This document shows, in pieces, positions 38,501 to 52,509 of a stretch of 64,000 nucleotides of DNA. The notes beneath the pieces are model-generated. The model saw only the letters and a list, made by a program, of their open reading frames with translations, was not told the origin of the DNA and did not search any database. The position numbers and the translations under genes are program-made. Within the stretch, counting starts at the first letter, position 1. Each line of letters starts with the position of its first letter. This stretch comes from Spongospora subterranea f. sp. subterranea (taxonomy: Eukaryota): the NCBI GenBank assembly GCA_049724395.1, contig JAUGWO010000097.1, positions 124,001-188,000 on the forward strand, written 5' to 3'.

Positions 38501-38931
38501 CGCTTATCCTCTGTAATTGCGTCGCTGGAGCTTCAATATTTGCAATTTCCACCGCTTCAGGTGACATCAAGTCGGCAAATCTAATCGGTGTCACGTATTT
38601 CATGTTCAATATCGTATTTGGTGGCGCTTTCATATCGAAAGCAGGCAAAAGTGATCTCAGTGCGTTCTTGTCATTTTTCTCGTTCTTCCATTATGCGTTC
38701 GGAGTCCTTCTTTCTAATGAGTTTAGGGGTTTGGATTTCTTCCTCAATCTAAACATGTTGCCTGGCAGCGATGAAAGTACTCTTGGAATAGAAATGTCTG
38801 GGGAAAGGTTGCTTCAGCAGCTTAGCTGGGAAACAGACGTGATGCTCCTTAACCCACTAGTGCTGGGCGGAATGCTGGTATTCTTTCATGTATTCGCCTT
38901 CACCATGCTTAAAATCGCGCAGCGCCGATAA
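35595..38931 (+). CDS. ABCG half-transporter with N-terminal Cys-rich/EGF-like extracellular region (ADP1-like); multi-exon
   Basis: Signal-like N-terminus, YCLNDG...CSCTDAFSG.NCS and a TM helix. These precede Walker A GPSGAGKST, YVVQ, signature ISGGERRR, Walker B LLLDEITSGLD, TIHQP and an ABC2 membrane domain (ERILFERETRAGCY). Confidence 0.93.
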
Positions 38932-39140
38932 AATAAAATAAATCCACTACAATGTTCTAGTAATATTCATATTCCGAGAACAAATCGCATGAACAAGTCT
39001 GTTCACCGAACTTCAGAACTTTATCAACTTTCTCCATTGAACTGCAGAGTTCCGTTTCAACGAGTGGCTGGTACATCGTCCCAAGCGTAGTGCATGGGGT
39101 TCCACTGTTACGCAGTTGTACAGTTCTGTACGGTGCGATC

Positions 39141-41100
39141 GACTTGAGGCTGCAGTCCATAGTTTGGTCGCGACACACGCCAGTCTCGCACCGACTTGGG
39201 GCTGCTGTCCATAGTGTGGTCGCGTCACACGCCAGTCTCGCACCGACTTGGGGCTGCTGTCCATAGTGTGGTCGCGTCACACGCCAGTCTCGCACCGACT
39301 TGGGGCTGCTGTCCATAGTGTGGTCGCGACACACGCCAGTCTCGCACCGACTTGGGGCTGCTGTCCATAGTGTGGTCGCGACACACGCCAGTCTCGCACC
39401 GACTTGGGGCTGCTGTCGCATAGTGTGGTCGCGTCACACGCCAGTCTCGCACCGACTTGGGGCTGCTGTCCATAGTGTGGTCGCGACACACGCCAGTCTC
39501 GCACCGACTTGGGGCTGCTGTCCATAGTGTGGTCGCGACACACGCCAGTCTCGCACCGACTTGGGGCTGCTGTCCATAGTGTGGTCGCGACACACGCCAG
39601 TCTCGCACCGACTTGGGGCTGCTGTCCATAGTGTGGTCGCGACACACGCCAGTCTCGCCCCGACTTGGGGCTGCTGTCCATAGTGTGGTCGCGACACACG
39701 CCAGTCTCGCACCGACTTGGGGCTGCTGTCCATAGTGTGGTCGCGACACACGCCAGTCTCGTACCGACTTGGGGCTGCTGTCCATAGTGTGGTCGCGACA
39801 CACGCCAGTCTCGCACCGACTTGGGGCTGCTGTCCATAGTGTGGTCGCGACACACGCCAGTCTCGCACCGACTTGGGGCTGCTGTCCATAGTGTGGTCGC
39901 GTCACACACGCCAGTCTCGCACCGACTTGGGGCTGCTGTCCATAGTGTGGTCGCGACACACGCCAGTCTCTCGCACCGACTTGGGGCTGCTGTCCATAGT
40001 GTGGTGACACACGCCAGTCTCGCACCGACTTGGGGCTGCTGTCCATAGTGTGGTCGCGTCACACGCCAGTCTCGCACCGACTTGGGGCTGCTGTCCATAG
40101 TGTGGTCGCGACACACGCCAGTCTCGCACCGACTTGGGGCTGCTGTCCATAGTGTGGTCGCGACACACGCCAGTCTCGCACCGACTTGGGGCTGCTGTCC
40201 ATAGTGTGGTCGCGACACACGCCAGTCTCGCACCGACTTGGGGCTGCTGTCCATAGTGTGGTCGCGACACACGCCAGTCTCGCGACTTGGGGCCGATAGT
40301 GTGGTCGCGACACACGCCAGTCTCGCACCGACTTGGGGCTGCTGTCCATAGTGTGGTCGCGACACACGCCAGTCTCGCACCGACTTGGGGCTGCTGTCCA
40401 TAGTGTGGTCGCGACACACGCCAGTCTCGCACCGACTTGGGGCTGCTGTCCATAGTGTGGTCGCGACACACGCCAGTCTCGCACCGACTTGGGGCTGCTG
40501 TCCATAGTGTGGTCGCGACACACGCCAGTCTCGCACCGACTTGGGGCTGCTGTCCATAGTGTGGTCGCGACACACGCCAGTCTCGCACCGACTTGGGGCT
40601 GCTGTCCATAGTGTGGTCGCGACACACGCCAGTCTCGCACCGACTTGGGGCTGCTGTCCATAGTGTGGTCGCGACACACGCCAGTCTCGCACCGACTTGG
40701 GGCTGCTGTCCATAGTGTGGTCGCGACACACGCCAGTCTCGCACCGACTTGGGGCTGCTGTCCATAGTGTGGTCGCGACACACGCCAGTCTCGCACCGAC
40801 TTGGGGCTGCTGTCCATAGTGTGGTCGCGACACACGCCAGTCTCGCACCGACTTGGGGCTGCTGTCCATAGTGTGGTCGCGACACACGCCAGTCTCGCAC
40901 CGACTTGGGGCTGCTGTCCATAGTGTGGTCGCGACACACGCCAGTCTCGCACCGACTTGGGGCTGCTGTCCATAGTGTGGTCGCGACACACGCCAGTCTC
41001 GCACCGACTTGGGGGGCTGCTGTCCATAGTGTGGTCGCGACACACGCCAGTCTCGCAGTCTCGCACCGACTTGGGGCTGCTGTCTATAGTGCGGTCCCGA
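39141..41100. repeat. Minisatellite, 52-bp unit (gcaccgacttggggctgctgtccatagtgtggtcgcgacacacgccagtctc), about 37 copies
   Basis: Direct reading shows near-identical tandem copies with no spacers. Confidence 0.99.
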
Positions 41101-41104
41101 GTCC

Positions 41105-41612
41105 AAGGCTGGCAGCGGGGTTTTTCACCCAGAAGGTTTTTGAGGTTTTTTGGAAAAACCTTTTTTGCCTTTCAGATACGAACTAAGGGTTTTCACTGTT
41201 TTTGAAACAATGCGCAAGTAGAGGTATCCATTACGAAGAGCGCTATCCATCGATGGATCAGGATCGTTGATGCCTGAGGCTTCGTGTTTGTGCTAGCGAC
41301 TGGGTCAAGTGCTTCAGCTCCTGTCCCTAACGATGAGGCATCCACAAGAAAGAGTTGTGGACGATGCTCGTCCCCAAAGGAGTTCAGAAGAAGATTATGA
41401 TGCCAACGATGATCAGCCTGAGCAAATTGAATAATACAATGGATGAGATAAGTTCGAAACTTAGCAAAACTGGTTTTTTCACCAGAAACCTACTCCTCGA
41501 CGCAAAAAGTGGAAACACGGCATTCTGATGAAAAACCTTATTAACAAAAAAAGGTTTTTGAAATGAAAAACCTAATTTCAGTTTTCCCGAAAAGTACGTT
41601 TTTTCCAGCCTA
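41105..41612. mobile_element. Putative non-autonomous TIR element (hAT/MITE-like) interrupting the 52-bp array
   Basis: Ends aggctgg...ccagcct are inverted. Clustered ggttttt/aaaaacc motifs lie near both ends, and satellite sequence resumes immediately after. Confidence 0.45.
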
Positions 41613-41691
41613 CTCCCGACACACGCAGTGTCTCGCACCGACTTGGGGCTGCTGTCCATAGTGTGGTCCCGACACACGCAGTGTCTCGCAC
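41613..41691. repeat. Detached, diverged ~1.5 copies of the 52-bp unit immediately 5' of NRDE2
   Basis: cccgacacacgcagtgtctcgcaccgacttggggctgctgtccatagtgtggtcccgacacacgcagtgtctcgcac. Confidence 0.9.
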
Positions 41692-41699
41692 TTTCTTCA

Positions 41700-44496
41700 A
41701 TGGCCTCTGATTTCGTCGTCGATGTTCATGGGGATCAGGACAATGCCGAACTTCAACAATCGGATGCCAAACACACGCCCGCGTATAAGCTCCACAAGAA
41801 GTACAAGCCTCCGTTCGAGGCATTGAATTCAAGCGATCGCGCTAGATCGGGGAAGCGATACTTTTCGACGCGCACCGAGAAACCAACTCGATCGAAATTC
41901 TACAGGGCGCAAGGCGATAATATATCAAACGATAATGACTCGACCCTATGTTTTGTGCCAATTAGCAATGATCTGGAGGAGGAGGTAAGATTGCGTATTT
42001 TTTATATGGAAAGTTTACTAAGCACAATTTCTAGGATGAAAATGAAGAGGAGCCATGGATTGGCCAAAATAGAACTCTAAATGAAAGGACACGATTGGAC
42101 TCATCGGATATTGAGGCTTGGTAATATATCAAACTAATATTGGGTAGATAATCTTACAAATTCATGGCAGGTGGGCCCTTGTTCAATTACAAGATGAAAT
42201 ACCAGGTTGCACAAAAGCCGCCAGACTTGAGAAGAAATCCTCAATATTGGCGGCTGCAGTGAAAGCTAATCCCAGCTCTGATCTTTTATGGCTGGCCTAT
42301 ATTCGACTTTGCAATCAATTGTTATCGTCAAATGCGGTTGACAATATCTGGGAGGACGCACTCGCATCTGCACCTTCCCCGTTGATGTACGAGAGTTATA
42401 TACGATCGCTTCTCTTATCGTTTTCGACCTTCTCGATGTCTAATATAAGAGATCAACTGTCGTCAATTATACAGAAGTTTTTGAAGGCGTCGCGGCCAGA
42501 TCCTTTAATTCACATCTTGTCATTGTGGTGTTGGATCGAACGAGGAGCTGGTTTTGTTGAGCGCTCCATTGCAATTTGTCAAGCCGCTATTGAGTTTAAT
42601 ATTTTCTGTCCCAAGTCTCTTATCAATCTGTCATTCGAGGGTCGTCTCAATGAGTTTGAGCGATTCTGGGAAAGTGAAGTTCCTAGAATAGGAGAACTCG
42701 GTGCTCCAACGTGGGCTGTTTGGTATGAGAATCAGGATCAAGAATATACAGAACATGGCGGAGACACCGCATCGGTTCGACCTCCATCCGCTCATGGATT
42801 CGATAACTGGTTCAATGCCGAAGCTCAAGAGTCGTACAATACATGGCTACCTGTGAGAAAGGTCGAGGTCGATGACGATTCCCTACTTGACCGTATCGTT
42901 GTTTTCGACGATATTCGAATCACTCTTTTCGATTGTAATCCGACGTCATACAGCATACATTTAGTCGATGAATTATTGTGTTCTGCTGGTCTTCCTGATT
43001 TTTGTCTCTCAAGGTTTCGAATTGTTTCTCCCAACGACGACAGTTCAAGTTTCCGGTTATCATTATTTTCGTCCTTATTCACACCTGCAGAGCATCCACT
43101 TTCTGGTCCTAGAAATTTCCCTGGGTTTTTGCCAAAACAGTTCTCGGAAGATCCTCCGTGTCCTAATGCAACTAGTTTCGCTCTGGCAATGATCGACAAA
43201 GTCACGCAACGGTTCTCACATGAGGTTAACGTGCAAAAAACCCTTCAGATGACAAGGCTTATAATTGAATGTCATTGCAATGGATTGAAAAATGCAGCTA
43301 AATCCGCAAAACAGATGCTAAAGCTGGATCGATCAAGTTTAGAATTATGTTATGCGTTTTCAACGATTCAATCCCGACTTGGAAATTTCGTCGTATCGTC
43401 TAACGTATACAAGTCGATAGTCGCATCCCTTCCTAGTGATCAAAACAAGCAGCTTTATTGTCTATTATGGATGGCAATATGTGATGGGATTCAGAATAAG
43501 CTCGATATTCGCCATTTCCTTGTATATTGTGCAGAAGGCACCCTTCCGTCGTCCGATATCTCCCCATTGCAGATGACCAGAGCTCGCAAGAAGCTTTCCA
43601 ATATGATGACGTCCCTTAGTGAAGATGCCAGCTGGTGGGTGCGACCATCGTCGTCACTGTTCCCTGCGTGTCCTGGCTTATGTCTCTCGCTTTCAACTCT
43701 GCATCTCGAATACCTGTGTTCTGATATTTCGGATGTTGTCTCGTGGATTGGTAATGTCTTAAAGCCTATCCTACCTTCGTCTGGCCCTCAGCTTGATTAC
43801 TGCTGGCTCGTTATCGTCAGGCTAATGCAAATGCATGTCGCCTCCAATCCTTCGTGTCCGCCCCGGCTTTGGCGGTCAATATTGGAGCAAGCTCTTGAGA
43901 GCTGTCCTCTTTCGCAATCTATTTGGCAAGTCGCCATGGATTCGTTTAAATTGACAGGGGCTGTTCGCAGCGTCTTTGACAGTTGTTTATCCCGCTTGAA
44001 AGGGAGTGGCTTGTACGATGCACCAGTTCGCCCATTCCTGTATGCAGTCATGTTCGAGATCGGACACCCCACACCAGCCACAACAACTCGGGTTCATCGA
44101 CTGTTAGAGCAAGGGTACTGATGCATCTTCGAGGTTTGAAACTCAAACCTTATTTTGTCTCTTCAGGTTGGCCGGACAAGGTCGCGGTATGGCGTTGCTC
44201 TGGCGCATCTGTCAGTGGTCTATTGCCATATGTTTGTTATGTGACTGAGTATTGTCGTCAATTCAGATATCGCTTTTGAGCTATCGCGGGGAGATCTAGT
44301 GGCAGCTAAGAAAATCTTATATCGGGCAATCGCCCAGTGCCCATGGTCGCGGCTAGTTTGGATCGAAGGTATTCGGTCTATTTTGCTAGCTTCGACTGAA
44401 AGCTTGAGGCCATTTTCCAACAATGATTTGCTGGAGTTGGTAACTTTGATGGGCGAAAAGGGAATAAGATTGTACACTCAGCCTCCTCTATACTGA
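41700..44496 (+). CDS. NRDE2: NRDE2 homolog (nuclear exosome/MTR4 regulator, HAT-like repeats); multi-exon
   Basis: QAAIEFNIFCP, FERFWESEVPRIGE.GA..W, WLPVR, DRIVVFDDI, AKKILYRAIAQCPWSRLVW and MGEKGIRL. Confidence 0.85.
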
Positions 44497-44750
44497 TATT
44501 TTTTTAATCACAATATATTTATGCATGTATTTATCCCCAGACTGCTGTCTGTAGTGTGCACTTTGATAGTCATGGGACAGCTTAGGTAGTTCACTGAGAA
44601 CCAATTCTGCTTGTATTTTATTGCTTTTTGAAACTGTTCGAAACGCGAAGTCAACTAACTTTCGCTGTTTTTTTTTCTGGTATTTTACCTAGATGTTCTT
44701 CGTAACAACTACGACGATCGAGTTGGGTACTTCGATAATAGAATTGAGCA

Positions 44751-44978
44751 ATGGATCTACCCGAATACGTCAAGGAACTGGGAGGACAACTGCAACGATG
44801 CACAGAGGGTAGCAATGATCTATCTCAGATGCTGGAAGTATTAGGCCCAATATTGGCGGAAGGTCTCACAGAGGTTATCTCCCAAACGCAATCAACATCA
44901 GGGTGCCATAATCCGCTTTTATCTTTAGCCACGTATCTGATACGACATAATCCTAAACATTCCAAACCTTTACGGTAA
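44751..44978 (+). CDS. Small Dpy-30-motif (docking domain) protein; 5' exons uncertain
   Basis: LGPILAEGLTEV.....NPLLSLATYLIRHNP matches the Dpy-30/RIIa-like motif pattern. Confidence 0.55.
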   Translation: MDLPEYVKELGGQLQRCTEGSNDLSQMLEVLGPILAEGLTEVISQTQSTSGCHNPLLSLATYLIRHNPKHSKPLR

Positions 44979-45123
44979 GGGAGATTGTCCTCTTATAAAG
45001 GCATCCTAACGTTTCATTAGCTCCTTGGGGGTAAAAAGTCCATTGGGAATGTACAACAACAGAATTAGTACAACGCGAAAGAATAACCATGGATGGATAT
45101 AAGTTTTTACAAAATACACTGTA

Positions 45124-48100
45124 CTATTGCCTACGGCGACGTTGAGTTGATAATTCTCGTTCAGATCGTCGGCGGTCAGACCCTCCAGTTCGGCTTGACT
45201 CCGAATTTCGCTCTGTCCTGCTTGATTCGATGTTTCGATCAGGACGACCAATATCCGCTCCCCGATCCGGTATCGGTCGCTCAGAGCGGCTTGAGTCAGC
45301 AACACGATCTGATAATGCTCGATCAAATCCCCTTTCCGACCTGGATTCCATGAACCGATCAGCGTTCCGATTGGAGTCGTTGTTACGATCAGACTGTCGA
45401 CTAGAATCTGTAGCCCGATCCGATGTGTTCCGACCGTCACCTCCCCGGTCGCCCGACCCAGATTTCCTGTCAGAATTGGACCTGCTCGATTCCAAGATCC
45501 GATCAGATACCATTCCACGACTTTGATATTCTGTCCGATCATGATAATTGTCTCTGCTGGAGTCCAACCGCGAGGATGCCTCAGACCGATACGAGGAATT
45601 CTGTTTACGGTAAGTTTAATAGAAGGTGCGGCAAACATAACCGACTCACTTGTTGGTCTTGATGAGCAAATTTATCGCCAGACTCACGTTCAACCCTGCA
45701 CCAACGATGTTTAACAGTGGTAAACTCCAAATAAACTATTCACCAACCTTCGCCGTTTGTGTACATCTCCTTCAACGTTGGAGGAATGGCCTGTAGAGGA
45801 CGACACCTTAGAAGCAGACGGCAAGCTAGAACCGGAACCGCGACGATTATGTTCAACAGGAGATCTGGTCCTAGAATGACGCGGTCGATGAGCAGGTGGT
45901 GGCGATTCTTCATGAACTGGCGGTTCAAGAGGTGGCGCCACAGCGGCATCGCTGGCAATAGAAACAACTGGATTTGGAATGCTCGGTTTGACTTCCAACT
46001 CCTCAGTCCAGTCGGACTTGCGACGCTCTAGTTGAGCGTGGACGCCTTGTGACAGTATTCGCAAAGATGACCCTGGCTTCTGTAGTTCCATCAGCTGCGC
46101 TACTGACGCTAAAAGGCGCTGACCATGAGAGAGATATCGAGGATATTGCTCAGAGATAGCGGTTAGAAAAAGAAGCGCGTTCTGGACTAAATGAGGATCA
46201 GCAGATTTGAAAAGCCGACAGAGAGATTTGGCGATACGGTCATTCCATTTTTGATAGAATTGAGTGAAGACTTGAACTGAAATAATGACGGAACATGAGA
46301 CCGCAGTTAAATCACTAGACCATCCATATAGGGTTGGCATCAACGATGTGGCAGGACTATCCGAGGAACATGATGATCGCCATTCATTTAGATATTGCAA
46401 CACTTCACAGCAAAAGCGGCCAAATCGGGATGATTCGTTTGACGTAGTACTGGACAGAACTGGGATAACTAAGCGAACGATTTCGTTATAAAACTTGATT
46501 CGTAGAAAATCCAGCGGTATTTTGATCGTGCATCAAACGGGTGAATTTGGCGGCATATAGAGCGTCTGGGGCAGAGCTTGCAACGCGAGGAAGAACGCAA
46601 TGTTGTAAAAACAGAATTGTAGTTGTAGTCCTGTCAGCACAGTCACTTAACCACGACGACGCCTCGGAGGAAATTTTGCTCATAACAGAGGCATGATTAA
46701 GCTTCTGTTCGGCAAGATCTTTCTGCAGGCGCTCTTGGATTCGTTTAAGACGGTCTCGCTCTTTTTGGACTTTTCGCGCGTCCCCTGTGGCAGTAGGAGC
46801 TTCAAGATTTGGCGATTTGCCCAACTGCACGATTTTAGCCTCAATTCGTCGCGACTGATCGTCGTACTGGTCTTGTGGGACGCAAATATCGTACAGCGAT
46901 AGCGACCAAAACATGGCAAACAGCGATGGAGATATTGACCGCCAGACAGATGCTGGCAGCAGGCGACGGCAACAACTTGCAAGAGTCACCGGCCCTTCTT
47001 CACTATGCTCGTCAGTTGGCGGGGCGGCAATTCTGGGAACATGCAGAACAGGACGAACAAGACTAAAAGCCATTTCTGACGAAAGATGATACTGATGAAC
47101 CAATTCATATAATGAGGGAACTGAATTGGCATACGTCTTCAAGGGTACAAGATGTACATCTAGGAATTCCTTGTAATAAAGCATTACTTCTCGAACCTGA
47201 TCTAACTGATGCCCAAGCGACCGAAGTTGAGAAGATTGTTTTCCCATCGGTGACTGGATAAGCGCAGTCAACTGTTCTGCTTGTTGGCCCATTAAAATAT
47301 AGAGCGGAGCAAGTAAAGAAGAATCCTATCAAGCACGCTGAGAAAACCAATATCGGAACAAAAACTGATGATGTAACCTGTAACGCTGATAAAAGGAATG
47401 GAGGATTGCGCTTGATCTTAGTTCTAGGTTGTTGTGACTCAATCAAAGCATCTTTGAGGGTACGAGATCCGCCTTGCGCAAAAATTTGGGCTCCACTCAT
47501 TTCTTCAATGATGACCACGGAAGACATGTTAGTAATCAGCTCCCTTAGAAGAGTAAGATCAACCGGACTGGATCCCGCTTTTAATTGCTTGGCAACATAT
47601 TCAACAAGGGGCTGCAGCTGAACGATATTGGGATACCGTCGAGCTAATAAACCGGCAAATGTACAAATTGAGCTAAACCATGACGCGGGCGTTAATCCGT
47701 CACTTGAAAGTTTGTCCCGAGAGAGGCAAAGATCGTGAAGCAAGGTGTACGGAATTGTGTCGTGGGACAGTGCAGTAAGATACTTAAATGAATCAATTGC
47801 GGGAGCGCTCAGGTTGTCAAATGATTGAATTTGCTCAATGACGAGCTGCATTACCACCAGCGGATTTTGGTGTGAAAATCTGGTGAGTTGTCGCCCAACT
47901 TCTTTAATTTTTCCAGCATTAATCCGTTTGCGAAAATATTTTGTATGTCTTTCGGCATAACGTAGAACCAGCGTCAACTCTGGATAAGCCGGGGAAAGGT
48001 ATATGCTATTTTTCCAGGCATGATATAAGGAATACCGATACTGATATTGGAGTTGTTGGAGCAATTGGTGCAGTTCAGAAGCGTTCCCCGTCGTCCCCGG

Positions 48101-49837
48101 CATAAGAGAATACGCGGGGAGAATGGAGTGGCACAATATCAGATTAAGGACCGGATGCGATTCGCAATTTACTTTAGTGTCGACCTGAGCCCAACGTTAA
48201 TGCATGTGATCCTCATCCTACATCGCCGAGCAGACAGCTTACCAGGCGTAGGTCTTGCACATAGCGAGTAATTACTCGACAGACCTTGGCGAAAACCACT
48301 ACGTGATTGCGAAGATGTGGTCCAATATAAGATAAATATTTCCATATCATTGGAATAGCGTCTACAAAATCTGAAAACTGTAACTCAATACCGCGATAGA
48401 CTGGGATTTGTTATTCTATGATAATTACCGATTTGCATTATACAATCCTCAGGGTTGGAGCGAAGGATACCAAATTGTTTTAGCGTCGAGTAATACGGCT
48501 CCAATTCCAATTCCAAATGTCGAGCCAGTCCGGCGCATACCGGATCATAACGGGCAGGTTGGACACCTGATGAAGCTTTCAACAAATCCCATGCAGCATG
48601 CACTGCATGGCCTTCGTTTTGCTCAAACAATGCCGCAACTAAATCGAGCTTCTGACACGGGCCTTGCCAAGTTGGAAACACAGGCATTGTGTAAGGCTAC
48701 AGTAATTTTGTTATACGTGCAATCAGCTATTGCAAATTCCCACTACCTTATCTTGAGGATCCCCCTTTTTGTCAGCGTTCAAATTAACATACGTGAAGGC
48801 CTCAATAGCGTTTCGAATCTCATCCTCAATCTGAATACGGATGGCATCAAGATCATCCATAGAATTTGGTAATAAGTATCCGGAAAAGAGGTCAATATGG
48901 TAAATGGCCTATGACAGAGATGTGACGATGTTTTCCTCGACCAAACAACTATGCACAAACCTGTCTCTGAATTAGCTCGACGGCAACCGCGTACATACTC
49001 GATGTGATAGTGGCCGGATTCCTTCGAAACTTCTCGCCAATGAGGGCGGTTAGAGTGGGTCCGGGTGACACCATCTGTAGAAGCAGACGATACAGCATTC
49101 CCCTTGATTGGTGGACATCTACCTCATCCGATCCTATCGGCAAGACCCGCGTTAGCAAACAGCAATCCCGAAAAATTGAGCGTGGCTGGTACCCAACATA
49201 AACAGGACGTGTAGAATAAGATCAGCGACTCGGTTAGGGTCAAGATCGAAATAACCGATTAAGCTTGTGATGCGATATTTGAAATGCGAAAACTGCAAAG
49301 ACGTCGTCCTGGACCTATGCAACTCAACCACTAATTTACTATATCCTTCAGTCTCTTCTCGGCATAAATTATATTTTGTTTGCGTATATAATTTTTTGGT
49401 TCTCCAGACAATGTCGTTTCTTCTCCCTTGTTCCGATGACGGTATAATTTCGGCTTTTTCCAGAAGATTATGTTCTAGGCGAACGCGAAGCAAAGCCGTG
49501 GGAAGCATTGAATGCGATGCCAGCGCTTTAACGAAACCAACGAAAACAGCACTTTCTCCCTTTCCGTCGATTTCACACCAAATTACAGAAATGATGTCGC
49601 AAAATATGGACTGAACATTGGGTTCCTCGATCTAAAAAACGTTGAGAATTTTTACATCGAACGCTAATTGGAACCCGATTCTACAATGGTTTTGAAAGAC
49701 GATGCGTTCAGCAGATCGTCTTGGCTGGATCGAACGGCGGCTCGGCAGAGGTCGAGTATGGCGGCGGCGATCTGGCCCGACGAGCCCTGCTCGGCGGCCG
49801 ACGTCAGCCTGGCCAACAGAGCGTCATCGATGGACAT
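45124..49837 (-). CDS. THOC2: THO complex subunit 2; multi-exon
   Basis: LYTQTKYNLCREETEGYSKL, LIGYFDLDPNRVAD, RYSLYHAW, SHQNP..IQSFDNL..DSFKYLT, FWSLSLYDICVP and FLQHCVLPR..S..DALYAAKF, followed by an R/S/D-rich tail. Confidence 0.92.
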
Positions 49838-50417
49838 GGTGGGGCTGGCTGGTTAAGATTTCGGTGTGAAAGGGTGGTCGATATGGCCCCTGGATCTTTG
49901 TTGATGATCTGTTTTTTCCCACACCTTCTCCCTGCCCCTTCACCGTCGCTTTACCGATCGATTAAAGATAATGCCGTCACGTCATCCACAGTCAGACGGG
50001 AATACAAGTGCATGTCATGATGACCCCCCCCCCCACTTCATCAGCAGCCACCGCGTTGATTCGCATGACTGGTAGAACCGGTTTCCCGACGGGGCATCGC
50101 TCCTCCTGAATCTCTGCACCAGTGTTCCCATCCGGCCTGGCTCACAATTCCTTGCCGTAGACCCCAGGGGTCGTCTGAAAATGTGGATATATCAAATTCG
50201 GCAACGTCTGTAGAATATTTCATGGCGATAACTTTGACATTCATTCAATCAGAAACGTAAAAAGTGGTGGTGATAAAAGCAGTAAGACGATATCCGTTCA
50301 ATAAATTTTGGAGACGCGTTTATGAGTAGTTGGATATTTATATAACGTCGATTTTCTGATTGGATAACTTGTTGAACATTGTCTAGATCGGAATCGAATA
50401 CGTCTATTTCGACGTCG

Positions 50418-51536
50418 TCAGTATCGCCCCAGGTTGTGTTGTGCCTCAACCGCCTCGTGGCGTATAGAAACTCCTGTTGAACCCGCGATCATTGGACAGA
50501 TAATCTTAGCTAAGGGCCAAACAACGTACAGATCTGGGCGTCCTGGAACAGTCCTCCAGCATATTGGCAATGATTCCTTGGTCGTATTTGGCCGGCAATA
50601 CGAATCGGGATCGTTGGGAGGCCTGAGAGTGCATACGTTGACTGTAAACCCGATTTGTGACAATGCATTCCCAGGTCGTTCGGTTCTTCATCGTTAACGT
50701 CATATGGCCAATCCAGAGACAAAACGATACGATGAACAGAAACGACGTCATGAAGGTCGTCAGCAAATATAAGCAATTCCACATTAAAAAAGACGAATCC
50801 AGGTCAACGGACGGTGCCGACCCGAAGAAGTCCATACTTTCATACGACTATGAGGAAGCAACGACGATGAGAAGAGGATATTTACCGTTTAAGGACGATA
50901 TTCTGACACTTATGGCTGCACAAAGCATCACCATACTTTGTGTGAAGCAGTACATGACGAATAAATGATGGGTTCGGGCGCCAATGCATGCATTAAGAAA
51001 CGGGCAATGATGATCGTATTTGGCGACGCACCGATCGCATTGCCGGCAATGGTGCGATCTTGGCGGCTGCAACAGCAGAATTACTGGAACGTGATGATCC
51101 AACGGTTTTGCGGAACTTACGGTAGTATGATCGCAAAGAAAACAATATTGGGAATCGTTCTCAATCGCGTTTCTGAAATTGTCCACGGTTTCAACAGTAA
51201 TGGATACCTGGTCATTGGGGACTGAATTCCGTTTGAGCAGACCAGCGGTCTCGGTCATGATCGGTGCTGCTTGATCATCACCGGTTTCTGCAATTTGCGA
51301 TGTCAGTTCGCTGAAACCACCGGTGTCGACAGCTTACGTTTGACGGTCGGAAGCGCGTCAGATTTTCGCGGAGGAAGTTGCTCTTTGAGCAGTAAAACAA
51401 TCACGTACCCAGGGTCTTGAAGCCATATGGTCACGTACAGGACATTCGACGACGCCAACAGAGCCAGGAATATTAAAACACCTAGAACCGCACAGAGTCG
51501 GTGACTAGCGAATCGTGTGAACAACTGCCCTAACAC
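50418..51536 (-). CDS. DHHC palmitoyltransferase; multi-exon, ends uncertain
   Basis: DPGYV, PPRSHHCRQCDRCVAKYDHHCPFLNACIGARTH, TTWE and YDQGIIAN, with flanking TM segments. Confidence 0.9.
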
Positions 51537-52509
51537 GCTGCGCTAATTGGCGAAAATCCGCCAAAGAACATCTGATAAATGTACGATTTCTCAGTGGACA
51601 TATTGATTGCAATTGTCCAGACTTCAAGGGTAATATACAGCGACAACATTTGCCAATCTCCTACTCGGCAAAATCAGAGAATGATAATCCACGAGACTCA
51701 CTCTGACTCAGCCGATTTTTCTGTGCCAATAGCGAGCGAATCTGTGTCGTCCAAGATGGGTGGCCATGATCTGCCATCCATATACAGTACTATCTCTGGG
51801 CAACTATTGCCAGAAAACGGTGTCGATAGGGCCGAGACCGACTGGCGACTGGCTGACACGTGGTGCCGGTGGCGCCAGGCCCGCCATGTCGGGCATTGTC
51901 CCATCCGGAGAATTGCCCCCCGCTCCGTCAATCAGAATCCGAAATGGAAAACGATTTGGAAAAAGGGAAGCGACTGCTTCTTCAAATGTCTCGTTTTCAG
52001 TGGTTTTTCACGAAATTGTCTAGAGTTCTTTGACTCCATTTTCCCATGGTGTTTACTGGATGGCATTTTTACAGGTCGCGGTAAAATACGTCGGACTTGA
52101 GAATCCGGGACCGTCGCATTCCAAATAGTTATATACGTAGCAATATTCCACGAGGCAGGTTCGTGCCTATCAATATATTTCGATGCACGTAAACGACCCA
52201 TACTCGCAATTCCGATTCGAATTGTATATTGAGTGAACATCAACGGTCATGCGAATTACGATAACACCCAACTAGCTCGGACCAACACCGAATTGTGGGA
52301 GGCGGAGATGTCTCCAGTTGCAGTAAGACGTGCAGTAAGCGATGACGATTCTCATGGTTGAGCCAGGTCGATGGCTGACGAGAGCAGCCAACCGACACAT
52401 GTACAGGGTATTGTATGACTGTCGAGCAACTGGTGGGGCGGTTGCGCATGTTGGCACTTTACGTTAAGGTCCATCGACATATCGGCTAAGCACATTATCG
52501 CAAATCAAC

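Noticed and set aside
39141..41100. CRISPR-like array (palindromic repeat)
   Set aside because: The units are contiguous with no unique spacers, there are no cas genes and the context is eukaryotic.
38957..41205. Multiple long overlapping ORFs (up to 609 aa)
   Set aside because: They are artefacts of the 52-bp repeat; the same peptide cycles through all three frames.
45006..45638. 210-aa alternative-frame ORF
   Set aside because: It overlaps the R/S/D-rich last exon of THOC2 in another frame.
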